From a bacterium (lineage in GTDB: Bacteria; Patescibacteriota; Minisyncoccia; UBA6257; UBA9933), in assembly GCA_021796335.1 (NCBI GenBank), contig JAJYHZ010000001.1, forward strand, positions 331,870 through 395,869: a stretch of 64,000 nt of DNA. Reading direction: 5' to 3'. A program made the translations under genes and the position numbers. Under the pieces are notes generated by a model. The model saw only the letters and a program-made list of their open reading frames with translations, was not told the origin of the DNA and did not search any database. Positions within the stretch are counted from its first letter, which is position 1. Every line of letters begins with the position of its first letter. Shown piece by piece: positions 50,188-59,508 of the stretch.

Positions 50188-50694
50188 TTATTTTTCGTAA
50201 CTAGTCGTAATCATTGCCGTTACAATGTCATTAAGAAGTCTCCCACGGAAGTTTGTGACAGCAGTATGTCTTTTGCCATCAAGATTTTTCATTTGCTCAT
50301 CGGGAATTCTGCCTTTTTCATATGGGGCGTACACAATCAGCGCGCATGTATCTGGCTTTTTTTCAAGAATTTGAGCAATATCACTTGCCCAGTCATGCCA
50401 GAATACAAGATAGACGGATGCTTCTTCTGCTTTCCCTATATCTTTCGCGTCTGTAATTTCAAAAATATTTTTTGTTCGAAAAAGTTTGGAGTCATTGAGC
50501 AGACTTCGCAGACTACTTACATTGTCTCCTTTGGCAAAAACTGCAATTTTTCTTTTCGCAAGCCCATTTCCAAGACGATAAAGAGCAGGAAATACTCCTC
50601 TAGTCCACAGGATAAATCCCCATATAATTCCTACCACCAAAACGATAGTTTCGATTACGCCTATAAAAGCAAGTATTTCTAACATTTTTGACAT
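50188..50694 (-). CDS. Single-TM protein with Rossmann-like (NARF-like) domain, putative CD-NTase partner
   Basis: N-terminal TM; alternating beta/alpha (KIAVF, YLVFW, LIVYAP, NFRGRLLNDI); 3 bp from the CD-NTase start. Confidence 0.6.
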   Translation of the reverse strand: MSKMLEILAFIGVIETIVLVVGIIWGFILWTRGVFPALYRLGNGLAKRKIAVFAKGDNVSSLRSLLNDSKLFRTKNIFEITDAKDIGKAEEASVYLVFWHDWASDIAQILEKKPDTCALIVYAPYEKGRIPDEQMKNLDGKRHTAVTNFRGRLLNDIVTAMITTSYEK

Positions 50695-50719
50695 AAATTT
50701 TTTGTGGATAACCCGTACT

Positions 50720-50739
50720 TGTTTAGGTTATGTTTAGGT
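50720..50739. promoter_or_regulatory. Direct repeat TGTTTAGGT-N2-TGTTTAGGT, candidate LexA operator
   Basis: 11-bp period repeat in the 59-bp divergent intergenic region. Confidence 0.5.
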
Positions 50740-50753
50740 AGTATACTCTAACT

Positions 50754-51380
50754 ATGGAAAAGAAGTCAAGCATGGGAACAGGCAAACCATCAAAGCGACA
50801 AGCGGAGATACTGCAGTTTGCCAGAGAATATCGTAGGGAAAATGGCTACTCGCCGGCATTGACCGAAATTGCGAAGCATTTTGGTATATCTATTCCAACA
50901 GTTCACGAGCACATTTCACATTTGCGAGAGAAGAACCTGCTTACAGCTGAAAGAGGTAAAAAACGATCTATTCAAGCACTTCGCGATCACAAGTCGCCGG
51001 TCGTAGAAATACCACTCATGGGATTTATTGCAGCGGGTGGTCCGATTGAGGCAATTAGAGAACCGGAGCCGATAGAAGTTCCGCGGAGTATGCTCTCTTC
51101 CGGTGCAAATTTTTACGCACTCAAGGTTACGGGACGAAGCATGATTGAAGAGGGCATTTCTGACGGCGACATTGTGATTGTACGCGAACAGCAAAGTGTT
51201 GATGACGGAGAAAAAGCCGTTGCGTATATGCCGGACAGAAATGAAGTTACGCTTAAAAAAATTTATAGAGAGAAGGATCGCGTTAAACTTGTGCCCGCCA
51301 ACAAATACATGAAGCCTTTTTACGAAACGAATGTGGAAATACAAGGAAAGGTCGTGGGGGTTCTTAGGAAAGAATTTTAA
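50754..51380 (+). CDS. lexA: LexA repressor
   Basis: wHTH (GYSPALTEIAKHFG), Ala-Gly cleavage site IAAG, catalytic GRSM and TLKK. Confidence 0.93.
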   Translation: MEKKSSMGTGKPSKRQAEILQFAREYRRENGYSPALTEIAKHFGISIPTVHEHISHLREKNLLTAERGKKRSIQALRDHKSPVVEIPLMGFIAAGGPIEAIREPEPIEVPRSMLSSGANFYALKVTGRSMIEEGISDGDIVIVREQQSVDDGEKAVAYMPDRNEVTLKKIYREKDRVKLVPANKYMKPFYETNVEIQGKVVGVLRKEF

Positions 51381-51383
51381 TAA

Positions 51384-52973
51384 ATGATAAAAAATTTTAT
51401 GTCTTTAGTATCTATACCAGAAGCATCAAAATGGGCTACCGATTATCTTGAAAAAGAGGTATCCCCGACAAATATTTCTTACCTTGTGCAATATGGCAAG
51501 GTAAAAAAGCATGGCGAGAACGGCTCCACCTTAGTTGATCTTGGTGATCTTAAAAAATACTACGAATCTTACAATGGAAAACGCGAGATAAGTTGGAAAA
51601 AAAACCTCGGTAGTGATTTAAACTGGACACTTTCATTTGATAACTTACGAGAGAAAGATACAACCAAGCATGTACATAGGCTCCATCCATACAAAGGTAA
51701 ATACATCCCCCAGCTCGTTGAGTATTTTATAGATACACACACGGACGATTTCAAAAAGGAGGCATATTTTAAATCTGGCGATATTATTCTTGATCCATTT
51801 TTGGGTTCAGGAACAACACTTATTCAAGCACTGGAAATGGGTATCCATTCCGTTGGGATAGATGTTTCGGAATTTAATTGCATGATTGCCAGTTGTAAAG
51901 CGACACACTACAACAATGAGTATTTGCAAAAAGCGATCAAAAAAATGCTCTCTGCGCTAGACACATTTGAGCATGATAATAAAATCCAAGAATTTGAAAC
52001 TGAGCTTTTGGCTGAGCTTGCTAAGTTTAATAATGTCCATTTCCCTGGTTACGATTTTAAGTACAAACTAAATCAGGGAAATTTTAACGAAAAGAAATTT
52101 TCTACCGAGAAAGAGCGCGAGTTTTTGCCTGTATACCAAAAATTGCTCAAAAAGCACGCAATCAAACTAAAACAAGATAAATCAGACTCTTTCCTCGATA
52201 TCTGGTTTATGGACAATGTTCGCCGAGAGATAGATCATGTCTTTCAGACGATCAAACAAGAAAAAGATGTTAAGACCCGCAAAATCCTTGCGCTTATTTT
52301 GAGTCGAACAATCAGGTCATGTCGAGCAACAACGCATAGCGATTTGGCAACGCTCAAGGAGCCACAGCTTACGACATACTACTGCTATAAACACAAGAAA
52401 ATATGCAAACCACTTTTCTCGATTAAGACAATGCTCAATCGCTATGCGTTTGATACATTGAGTCGAATCCGTGAATTTAACACCTTACGCAAGCCGGTTC
52501 ACTACTCCGCAATAACTGGTGACTCTCGAACTGTAGATATTTTTGAGAAAGTAGAAAAACAGAATCCAGAATTTTCTAAAATTCTTAAGAAACAAAAAAT
52601 AGCAGGTATTTTTTGTTCACCTCCTTATGTTGGACAAATTGACTATCACGAACAGCACGCCTACGCTTATGACTTACTTGGATTTAAACGAAAAGATGAT
52701 TTGGAAATAGGCCCATTGTATAAAGGGCAAGGACAAGAAGCTCGTCGATCGTACGCGCAAGGAATTGCCGATGTGTTAAATAATTGTAAACAGTATCTCA
52801 AAGCAGATTTTGATATTTTCCTTGTAGCAAATGACAAATATAATCTTTATCCAAAAATTGCAGAAAAGTCAGGTATGAAGATTGTAAATCAATTCAAGCG
52901 CCCAGTGTTAAATCGTACGGAACGCGATCGTAATCCTTACTCAGAAATAATTTTCCACTTTAAATCAAAATAA
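51384..52973 (+). CDS. N4-cytosine DNA methyltransferase (M.MjaII-like) with N-terminal HTH
   Basis: HPYKGKYIPQL, DPFLGSGTT before SPPY (alpha-class order). Confidence 0.85.
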   Translation: MIKNFMSLVSIPEASKWATDYLEKEVSPTNISYLVQYGKVKKHGENGSTLVDLGDLKKYYESYNGKREISWKKNLGSDLNWTLSFDNLREKDTTKHVHRLHPYKGKYIPQLVEYFIDTHTDDFKKEAYFKSGDIILDPFLGSGTTLIQALEMGIHSVGIDVSEFNCMIASCKATHYNNEYLQKAIKKMLSALDTFEHDNKIQEFETELLAELAKFNNVHFPGYDFKYKLNQGNFNEKKFSTEKEREFLPVYQKLLKKHAIKLKQDKSDSFLDIWFMDNVRREIDHVFQTIKQEKDVKTRKILALILSRTIRSCRATTHSDLATLKEPQLTTYYCYKHKKICKPLFSIKTMLNRYAFDTLSRIREFNTLRKPVHYSAITGDSRTVDIFEKVEKQNPEFSKILKKQKIAGIFCSPPYVGQIDYHEQHAYAYDLLGFKRKDDLEIGPLYKGQGQEARRSYAQGIADVLNNCKQYLKADFDIFLVANDKYNLYPKIAEKSGMKIVNQFKRPVLNRTERDRNPYSEIIFHFKSK

Positions 52974-52976
52974 TTT

Positions 52977-53759
52977 ATGGCTTTATCTAAAGAACAAGTA
53001 AATAGTGTTGAAGAAGTTTTGAAAGCAAGTTTGCGTAATAAGTTTCAAAACTATAAACCCGAACCGGCATCAATGCCTTTTCATACACGACTACTCGGCA
53101 AGGATAGACTTGCTTTATATTCTTTCATTCATTCCCTCAACACAAACTTCGGCACAAGTATTTTTGAGCCGGTCGGTCTTGCTCTGGCTCAGAAAAACTT
53201 CAAAATGGCCGTTTCGCAAGCTACAGCTGGAAATCAGATCAGTTCCGCCGCCCAAGCAGAAATTCAGAAGATTATTGATGGTCTTACAACGGCAACGAGT
53301 ACCCCTAATAAAAAAGCTGAAATTGAAAGAATAAGAAAAGTTTGTCAGACAGGAGAGATGATTAAAGTAAAACCAACAAAGGTTGATTTAATGTTTGAGT
53401 CAAAAGACGGTGCATTTTATTTGTTTGATATTAAGACTGCAAAACCAAATGCCGGCGGATTCAAAGAGTTTAAACGCACCCTGCTTGAGTGGGTTGCTGT
53501 TGTTTTGGCAAATAAACCAGATGCGAATATAAATACTTTTATTGCAATTCCTTACAATCCTTACGAGCCAGAACCCTATACTCGATGGACAATGCGAGGA
53601 ATGCTTGATCTTGAAAATGAGCTTAAAGTAGCAGACGAATTTTGGGACTTTCTCGGAGGCAAGAATACTTACAAGGACTTACTCGATTGTTTCGAGCGTG
53701 TAGGTATTGAGTTGAGAGATGAAATTGATGACTACTTTAAGCGCTTCAACAAGAAATAA
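52977..53759 (+). CDS. Type II restriction endonuclease, TdeIII/MjaII family
   Basis: MPFHTRLLG, SLNTNFG.SIFE, VDL...DIKTAKPN, PYNPY, EFWDFLGG. Confidence 0.88.
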   Translation: MALSKEQVNSVEEVLKASLRNKFQNYKPEPASMPFHTRLLGKDRLALYSFIHSLNTNFGTSIFEPVGLALAQKNFKMAVSQATAGNQISSAAQAEIQKIIDGLTTATSTPNKKAEIERIRKVCQTGEMIKVKPTKVDLMFESKDGAFYLFDIKTAKPNAGGFKEFKRTLLEWVAVVLANKPDANINTFIAIPYNPYEPEPYTRWTMRGMLDLENELKVADEFWDFLGGKNTYKDLLDCFERVGIELRDEIDDYFKRFNKK

Positions 53760-54085
53760 GTGGCGGCGACAAAACCAAAAATTTCCTTCCTTTCAAATTT
53801 TCCGCTTCGCGGCGGGGGGTGTGGGGGGAGCCGCAAATAAAAATGATGGGAAATTTTTGGGTTTTGCCCCGCGCGAGCTTGTCGAGCGCGGCCGAGGCGC
53901 AAGTGTCATTCGTCAAAATCCTGCGGATTTTGTCCGAAATACATTCGAACTTCGTCCAATACACACCGCAAAAATTGAAAATCGGAATTGGAAGCCGAAA
54001 TGGGGTCGCGCCGCAGGCGCGACACAAACGCATTCCCGCCAAAAATTCCCGAATCCAAAAGGTTTTTCCACGCTCCGCGTGGCTC
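53758..54085 (-). repeat. Intact inverted copy of the unit-B attP (both arms joined at TGCGG)
   Basis: 53966-54085 is the exact reverse complement of 55487-55606; 53758-53970 is the reverse complement of 48907-49118. Confidence 0.92.
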
Positions 54086-54106
54086 CTCGTTTGCCAATAC
54101 AATTCT

Positions 54107-55699
54107 ATGAATAATCAAACCAAAAAGTTTTTCATATATACTCGCAAGTCTACGGACGACAAAGACAGACAGGTTCGTAGTATTTCCGACCAACTTTCGG
54201 AATTGAAAGAGTTAGCAAGGAAAGAAGATTTAGATATTGTTGATGTCTTTGTCGAAAAGCAGACCGCCAAAATACCAGGCCGTCCGGTGTTTGGTGAAAT
54301 GTTGGAGCGAATGGAAAAAGGTGAAGCAACTGGTATTTTGGCGTGGCATCCCGATAGACTTGCTCGCAACTCGGTAGATGGAGGAAAAATCATCTACCTC
54401 ATTGATACTGGTGTAATTTCTGAAATGAAATTCCCAACTTTTTGGTTTGATCCGACACCGCAAGGCAAATTCATGCTTTCAATCGCTTTTTCGCAATCCA
54501 AATATTATGTGGACAATTTGTCGGAGAATATTAAGCGTGGTCATCGTAACAAAGTGAAGGACGGAATATGGCCTCAAATGTCGCCGCTTGGCTATGTGAA
54601 CAAAAACAAGCGCATTGTGCCCAACCCCGAAATTGCTCCACTTATTAAAAAGACATTTGAGGCATATGCAACAGGTTCTTTCACTTTGCGCGAACTCCGC
54701 GACAAATTTAACGCACTTGGATTGAAGCGAAAAAGCGGAAAGGAACTTGCGGTGTCGAATTATCAAAAACTTCTCAAAAATCCTATTTACACTGGCTTAA
54801 TGCGGTATAACGGAGAGATTTTTGAGGGTAAGCACGAACCGATTATTTCAAAGAAACTTTTTGATTCTGTTCAGGAAGTGATGATGAGAAAATCTAAGCC
54901 GAAATCTCGCGGACTGAAACCATATTTGTATCGCGGATTTTTCCGTTGCGGAGAATGTGGTTGCTTCATCACCACCGAAACGCAGAAAGGTCATAACTAT
55001 TTACGATGTACGAAACGGAAAAATCTTTGCTCACAAAGATACACGCGAGAAGAAATCATCACTTCCGAAATTCAAAAGGAAATCAAAAAAGTTTCTTTGC
55101 CACTCGATTGGGCTAAATGGATGTTGGCGGAAAACGAAAAGGACAAATCAGTAGAAGCCCAATCGTCTACGCTTTTTGCCGACAAAACAAAAGCCGATAT
55201 TTCTCTTTTGGATTCTAAAATAGAGAAGCTGATGAACGCTTATTTAGAGAGCGCACTTTCACTAGAGGAATATCGGGACGCTAAAAGTGTGTTGGTCAGT
55301 CAAAAACAGCTTCTCAAAGAGAAATTATCGGCTTTTGAGCAAAAAGCGAATAATCGGTTCGAACTTACCGAAAAGTTTTTGAAATACAATATAGAATTGG
55401 CAAACGAGGGAACAAATGAAGAAAAACTTCATTTGTTCAAAAAAGTCGGTTCGAACTTTCAGATTAAGGATCGAACCGTCTTTTTTGAGCCACGCGGAGC
55501 GTGGAAAAACCTTTTGGATTCGGGAATTTTTGGCGGGAATGCGTTTGTGTCGCGCCTGCGGCGCGACCCCATTTCGGCTTCCAATTCCGATTTTCAATTT
55601 TTGCGGAGAGTGGTAGACGACGTTCGCACCTATTGGCAAACAACGCCTAACCGCGTATTTATCCCTAATCTTACACTAGAAACAGCAAAAATCAATTGA
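54107..55699 (+). CDS. Large serine recombinase (unit B)
   Basis: YTRKST catalytic Ser, DRLARN, recombinase domain, CGECG...YLRC Zn ribbon, coiled coil; start at MNNQTK. Confidence 0.93.
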   Translation: MNNQTKKFFIYTRKSTDDKDRQVRSISDQLSELKELARKEDLDIVDVFVEKQTAKIPGRPVFGEMLERMEKGEATGILAWHPDRLARNSVDGGKIIYLIDTGVISEMKFPTFWFDPTPQGKFMLSIAFSQSKYYVDNLSENIKRGHRNKVKDGIWPQMSPLGYVNKNKRIVPNPEIAPLIKKTFEAYATGSFTLRELRDKFNALGLKRKSGKELAVSNYQKLLKNPIYTGLMRYNGEIFEGKHEPIISKKLFDSVQEVMMRKSKPKSRGLKPYLYRGFFRCGECGCFITTETQKGHNYLRCTKRKNLCSQRYTREEIITSEIQKEIKKVSLPLDWAKWMLAENEKDKSVEAQSSTLFADKTKADISLLDSKIEKLMNAYLESALSLEEYRDAKSVLVSQKQLLKEKLSAFEQKANNRFELTEKFLKYNIELANEGTNEEKLHLFKKVGSNFQIKDRTVFFEPRGAWKNLLDSGIFGGNAFVSRLRRDPISASNSDFQFLRRVVDDVRTYWQTTPNRVFIPNLTLETAKIN

Positions 55700-55739
55700 A
55701 GTTTTTGTTTTGTTTATTCTAAAAAGCCAGTGAAATAAT

Positions 55740-55768
55740 AAAAAATCGGCGCGAGAGCGCGATTTTTT
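55740..55768. terminator. Bidirectional terminator
   Basis: aaaaaatcggcgc gaga gcgcgattttt. Confidence 0.65.
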
Positions 55769-55964
55769 ATTATTTGGCGGTTTAAAATTAATTTTGGCCT
55801 ATTGACAAGCTACGAAACGAAGAGTAAAGTACCGCTAACGGAGCGGAAAGAAAAGCACCGCAAAGTATCGCACCATAAGTAAAGTACCAATTGTTTGTTA
55901 AAAAGATTTATTATTGCTTAGATAAGTTAAATATATTCGGCGCCGCGAAATTTTCGCGGATTTT

Positions 55965-56984
55965 TTATTTACCATCTATTATCTTTTTTATAATATCAAT
56001 ATTAGTCAAATTTGGAGCTTCTTCTTTTGAGAGATATCCTGAAATACTAGGATCAAAAATTGACTGTGCAACTTGAATAATTAAAGCATCTTTTATTTGT
56101 GGATCATCGGTAGAATTTATAAAGGCTTTAAACGAAGCTAATGCGTTTGCTCTATGCTTGTTAATCACTGCTAAATGATTATGTGCATTCAAGTTCTTAA
56201 CACACTGAGCAATAAATAAAAATCCAGCAGATAAAATAAAAAGTTTTGTAATAGCTACACTTACGGATAAAGTAGTACCAACATTATTAAAGTAATGGTA
56301 GTAAATTACTATTAATATAACGGCGAGCACTATTTCTCCAACGATTGACCCAGCAAGACATTTCCACCAAAAGGTAGTTTTTTCTTGATGATATTGTGCT
56401 TGTTCTCCAAATATTTCGGAGTATTTAACTACAACATCTTTAGTGCTAAATTTTCTTGCTTCTTCAATAATTTCATTTATTTTGTTTTTTGTTTCCTCAC
56501 CTTGTGTTTTTGCTTCATTTAATATTTTTGCAACTTCCTCATTTGTATTTTTTGCTTCTTGATAGATTTTCTTAAAAGATTGATCAGTATTATTTAGCTC
56601 TTCTCTAATTTTATTAAAACTACCTTCTTGAATTAATATAAAGAAATAGTGGGAATTAAACGAATTGAAAAAATTTTGCCACTGGCTATTTATTTGAGAA
56701 ATTAAATTACGTCTTTGTCCAGCCGGATCTCCAGAATTAACATCAAAAGAGGAAATTTGATTTGAAAAATTCAAGAAATTCTGTAAAAAACTCTCCAACT
56801 CGCTCTCTCTTTGAGAAAAAATTTGCCTAAAAATGCTTAGATTTTTTATAAAGAAATTTAAAAATTCTAAAAATAATTTTAAAGTTGAATCAACCTCCTC
56901 AAAATTCAAAGGTCCTAAATCTTTTCTTTTTAACGATTCTGCGTCTATCGAATTTAATTTATTAACTAACTCATCATTTATCAT
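55965..56984 (-). CDS. Hypothetical coiled-coil protein with 2 C-terminal TM helices
   Basis: Helical N-domain, heptad region, 2 TM, HRANALASF.AF motif. Confidence 0.7.
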   Translation of the reverse strand: MINDELVNKLNSIDAESLKRKDLGPLNFEEVDSTLKLFLEFLNFFIKNLSIFRQIFSQRESELESFLQNFLNFSNQISSFDVNSGDPAGQRRNLISQINSQWQNFFNSFNSHYFFILIQEGSFNKIREELNNTDQSFKKIYQEAKNTNEEVAKILNEAKTQGEETKNKINEIIEEARKFSTKDVVVKYSEIFGEQAQYHQEKTTFWWKCLAGSIVGEIVLAVILIVIYYHYFNNVGTTLSVSVAITKLFILSAGFLFIAQCVKNLNAHNHLAVINKHRANALASFKAFINSTDDPQIKDALIIQVAQSIFDPSISGYLSKEEAPNLTNIDIIKKIIDGK

Positions 56985-56999
56985 ATTTATTAAAAATTT

Positions 57000-57620
57000 C
57001 TATTTAGCAGTTTCAAAAATCTTTTTAACTAATTCTTTTCTCGCATAAAACGCCCGGCTTGTTGAGCCATGGCCGGCTCCTTTTGTCCTTGCTTGTATCC
57101 ACTTGCCGTCTCTGCCAGTTAAACTGCTGAATCCCTTTTTGATCAATTTATTTCTTATAAAATCGTAATCAGCTTTTATCTCTTTGATTAATTCGTCAGT
57201 TTCAACAAAATCCAAACTAACAACTTTTATTATTTTAGCCTCTTGAGAATTTTTGCCATTCCACATAACCGCGCAAAAAATCATTGACTTTAATTTCGCC
57301 CAACAGTGGCTTTCAAAAAATTCGTGTTTCTTTAATTCTTCCGGATTAATCATTGTTATCGCCATTGTTTCTTTTGGCACAAGTTCGTTTTTAACATAGC
57401 GAAACGCCACTGATTTTAATTCATATGAAAGTCCGTTCGGCGCTTTTGAAACATTTGTTTGAAGTCCGGCTAACCGTTCCAAAATTAAGCCCTTCCAGCC
57501 TTTATTTTGTTTGCCGGTTTCATAAGTTGTTATTTTGTATTGCAGGGCTAATTTTCTTAAATCTTTGCCAATATATTTTTTAAGATTTTTAATTGCGTTT
57601 GCTCTCGTAACGATTTTCAT
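57000..57620 (-). CDS. MutH/Sau3AI-family endonuclease
   Basis: NKGWKGLILE, YELKS, IQARTKG, RAFYAR. Confidence 0.85.
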   Translation of the reverse strand: MKIVTRANAIKNLKKYIGKDLRKLALQYKITTYETGKQNKGWKGLILERLAGLQTNVSKAPNGLSYELKSVAFRYVKNELVPKETMAITMINPEELKKHEFFESHCWAKLKSMIFCAVMWNGKNSQEAKIIKVVSLDFVETDELIKEIKADYDFIRNKLIKKGFSSLTGRDGKWIQARTKGAGHGSTSRAFYARKELVKKIFETAK

Positions 57621-57623
57621 ATT

Positions 57624-58436
57624 TTAATTTGTGAATAATTTATTTTTTAAATTTTTATCCAAATATTCAAACCTTTTTATTGATAAATCTAAATAATTTT
57701 TATTATTATCAATGCCGATAAATTTTCTGCCTAATAAATTTGCCATTATTCCGGTTGTTGAGCTTCCAGTAAAAGGATCAATGATCAAATCCCCTTGATT
57801 AGTGCTTGCCAATATAATTCTTTTTAGCAAATCTTCCGGTTTTTGTGTTGGATGTTTGCCAAATTTTTTTTCTATCGGCTTAGGCGTACCAATTGCCCAA
57901 ACAGATCTCATTTGCTTGTTTGGTTTTTTAATAAAATCTTCCGGCCAATTGCCGTTTTTCATTTTATCGTAATTAAAAGTATGTTTTGCTTTTTTATCTT
58001 TCCTCGCCCATATCAACGTTTCGTGGCTGGCAGTAAAAAATCTGCAACTTAAATTTGGCGAAGCGCTGGGCTTAAACCATGAAACATCATTGAGGATATG
58101 GAATTTAGAAACCTGCAAAGCAAAACCGCAAATATAAATTGAGTGGTAAGTTCCGCTAATCCAAATTGTGCCATGAGGTTTTAAAACTCTTTTACATTCT
58201 TGGATCCAGTCCAAATGAAAATCAAAATCTTTCTTCAATCCATTGCTTCGATCCCATTTGCCTTTATCAACGCTGACCATTTTCCCAGCATGCACCGTAA
58301 AGCCGCCGTTAGATAAAAAATAGGGCGGATCGGCAAAAATCATATCAACCGAATTTTCAGGAAGCGTTTTTAATAGTTCTAAGCTATCAGTATTGTATAA
58401 GGTAAAATCGCCTTTTTTATAATATGGCTTGTGCAT
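57624..58436 (-). CDS. Beta-class N6-adenine DNA methyltransferase (DpnB/MboIB-like)
   Basis: FADPPYFLS, HPTQKP, DPFTGSSTTG. Confidence 0.9.
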   Translation of the reverse strand: MHKPYYKKGDFTLYNTDSLELLKTLPENSVDMIFADPPYFLSNGGFTVHAGKMVSVDKGKWDRSNGLKKDFDFHLDWIQECKRVLKPHGTIWISGTYHSIYICGFALQVSKFHILNDVSWFKPSASPNLSCRFFTASHETLIWARKDKKAKHTFNYDKMKNGNWPEDFIKKPNKQMRSVWAIGTPKPIEKKFGKHPTQKPEDLLKRIILASTNQGDLIIDPFTGSSTTGIMANLLGRKFIGIDNNKNYLDLSIKRFEYLDKNLKNKLFTN

Positions 58437-58438
58437 AA

Positions 58439-59353
58439 TTATTTATTTAAATTGTAGCTTTGTTTAACAAGCGCGAAAATAGCGTCGGTATCTTTTGTGT
58501 TTTCAAATTTGATTTCATAATCGCCATTACCCCAATGTCCGATTATTTTAGGTTTTGTTAAATCACGAGCAAGCTTTTTCGGATCATTTAATTGTCCACT
58601 TTTTACATTAAGAAATATTTTTAAGCCATATTGTTTAATGACAATATCAACAAAATTAGTTGAGGTTTTATAGGCAATATATTTTGCCTTTGCTTCTTCA
58701 ATAATATTTTGATCAAGGGAAAGTATGCGCTCTCTTAAATCTTGAAATAATTTTAAAGTTTCTTTTTTTATTCCAGACAAATGATCATCCACTGAATAAA
58801 TTTTTTGCAGTTGCCCCTCTTTTGATTTCTGCGTCTTGCCCTTTTTTATAATTCCAGCTGTTGAAATTTTAATTTTTTGATAATTTTCTGGCTCAACATA
58901 CAAAATATTTTCGTTATAAATACGATAACGCAAAAGTTCAATATTTATTGGTAAAATATCCGCTGTATCAAGATCAAATTTATTATAAGATTCAGCTATG
59001 CAAATAACGCGAGGAGAATCCCAGTCAATATCTATATTAATTTTTTTATTTTGGCAAAGCAATTTAAAATCTGCTTTATGATCTAAAAGCCAACGCAAAT
59101 AAGACAATCCTTGATTTATAACATTATCATTTTGATTTTTCTTATATTCGATAATGCAAGGTGATCCATTTTTATCTATTCCCAAAGTATCCATTCTTCC
59201 ACCCCAACCCGTCGAATATTCATGAGCAAGAAAATTTATATTCAAAATTTCTTCCAAATTATTTTCAAACAATTCTTGCAAGTTTTTTTCTAAATCTAAC
59301 TCTTTTGCAGTTAATTTCTTAACAATTAAGTTGTTTATTTTAAATAAGGCCAT
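58439..59353 (-). CDS. NucS/EndoMS-like nuclease fused to DUF5655
   Basis: EKNLQ, GRMDTLGID, IIEYK, QGLSY; C-terminal GHWGNGDYE. Confidence 0.85.
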   Translation of the reverse strand: MALFKINNLIVKKLTAKELDLEKNLQELFENNLEEILNINFLAHEYSTGWGGRMDTLGIDKNGSPCIIEYKKNQNDNVINQGLSYLRWLLDHKADFKLLCQNKKINIDIDWDSPRVICIAESYNKFDLDTADILPINIELLRYRIYNENILYVEPENYQKIKISTAGIIKKGKTQKSKEGQLQKIYSVDDHLSGIKKETLKLFQDLRERILSLDQNIIEEAKAKYIAYKTSTNFVDIVIKQYGLKIFLNVKSGQLNDPKKLARDLTKPKIIGHWGNGDYEIKFENTKDTDAIFALVKQSYNLNK

Positions 59354-59508
59354 AGCTCTAATTGTTGATAATTTTACGCCAATTTTAGCCAATAAACAAC
59401 ATCATTTCACGAGTCAAACTTGACTCGCAAACAATGCTACAAACTCTCAAAATAAGCCTATTGCGCTATTTTCAGCAAAGTAATAATATCGTCGTAATAA
59501 CAAACTTT

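Larger units (their letters stand above)
48907..55606. mobile_element. Unit B: ~6.7-kb serine-recombinase integrative element (CD-NTase module, LexA, RM)
   Basis: Bounded by TGCGG cores at 48907 and 55602; the joined ends are reproduced as an inverted internal copy at 53758-54085. Confidence 0.85.

Noticed and set aside
50703-50711. Perfect DnaA boxes (also 22889-22897)
   Set aside because: Isolated single 9-mers with no cluster and no dnaA nearby; consistent with chance.
53819-54106. 96-aa N-terminal extension of recombinase B in the ORF track
   Set aside because: It is the antisense reading of the inverted attP copy. The catalytic domain starts right after ATG 54107, as in recombinase A.
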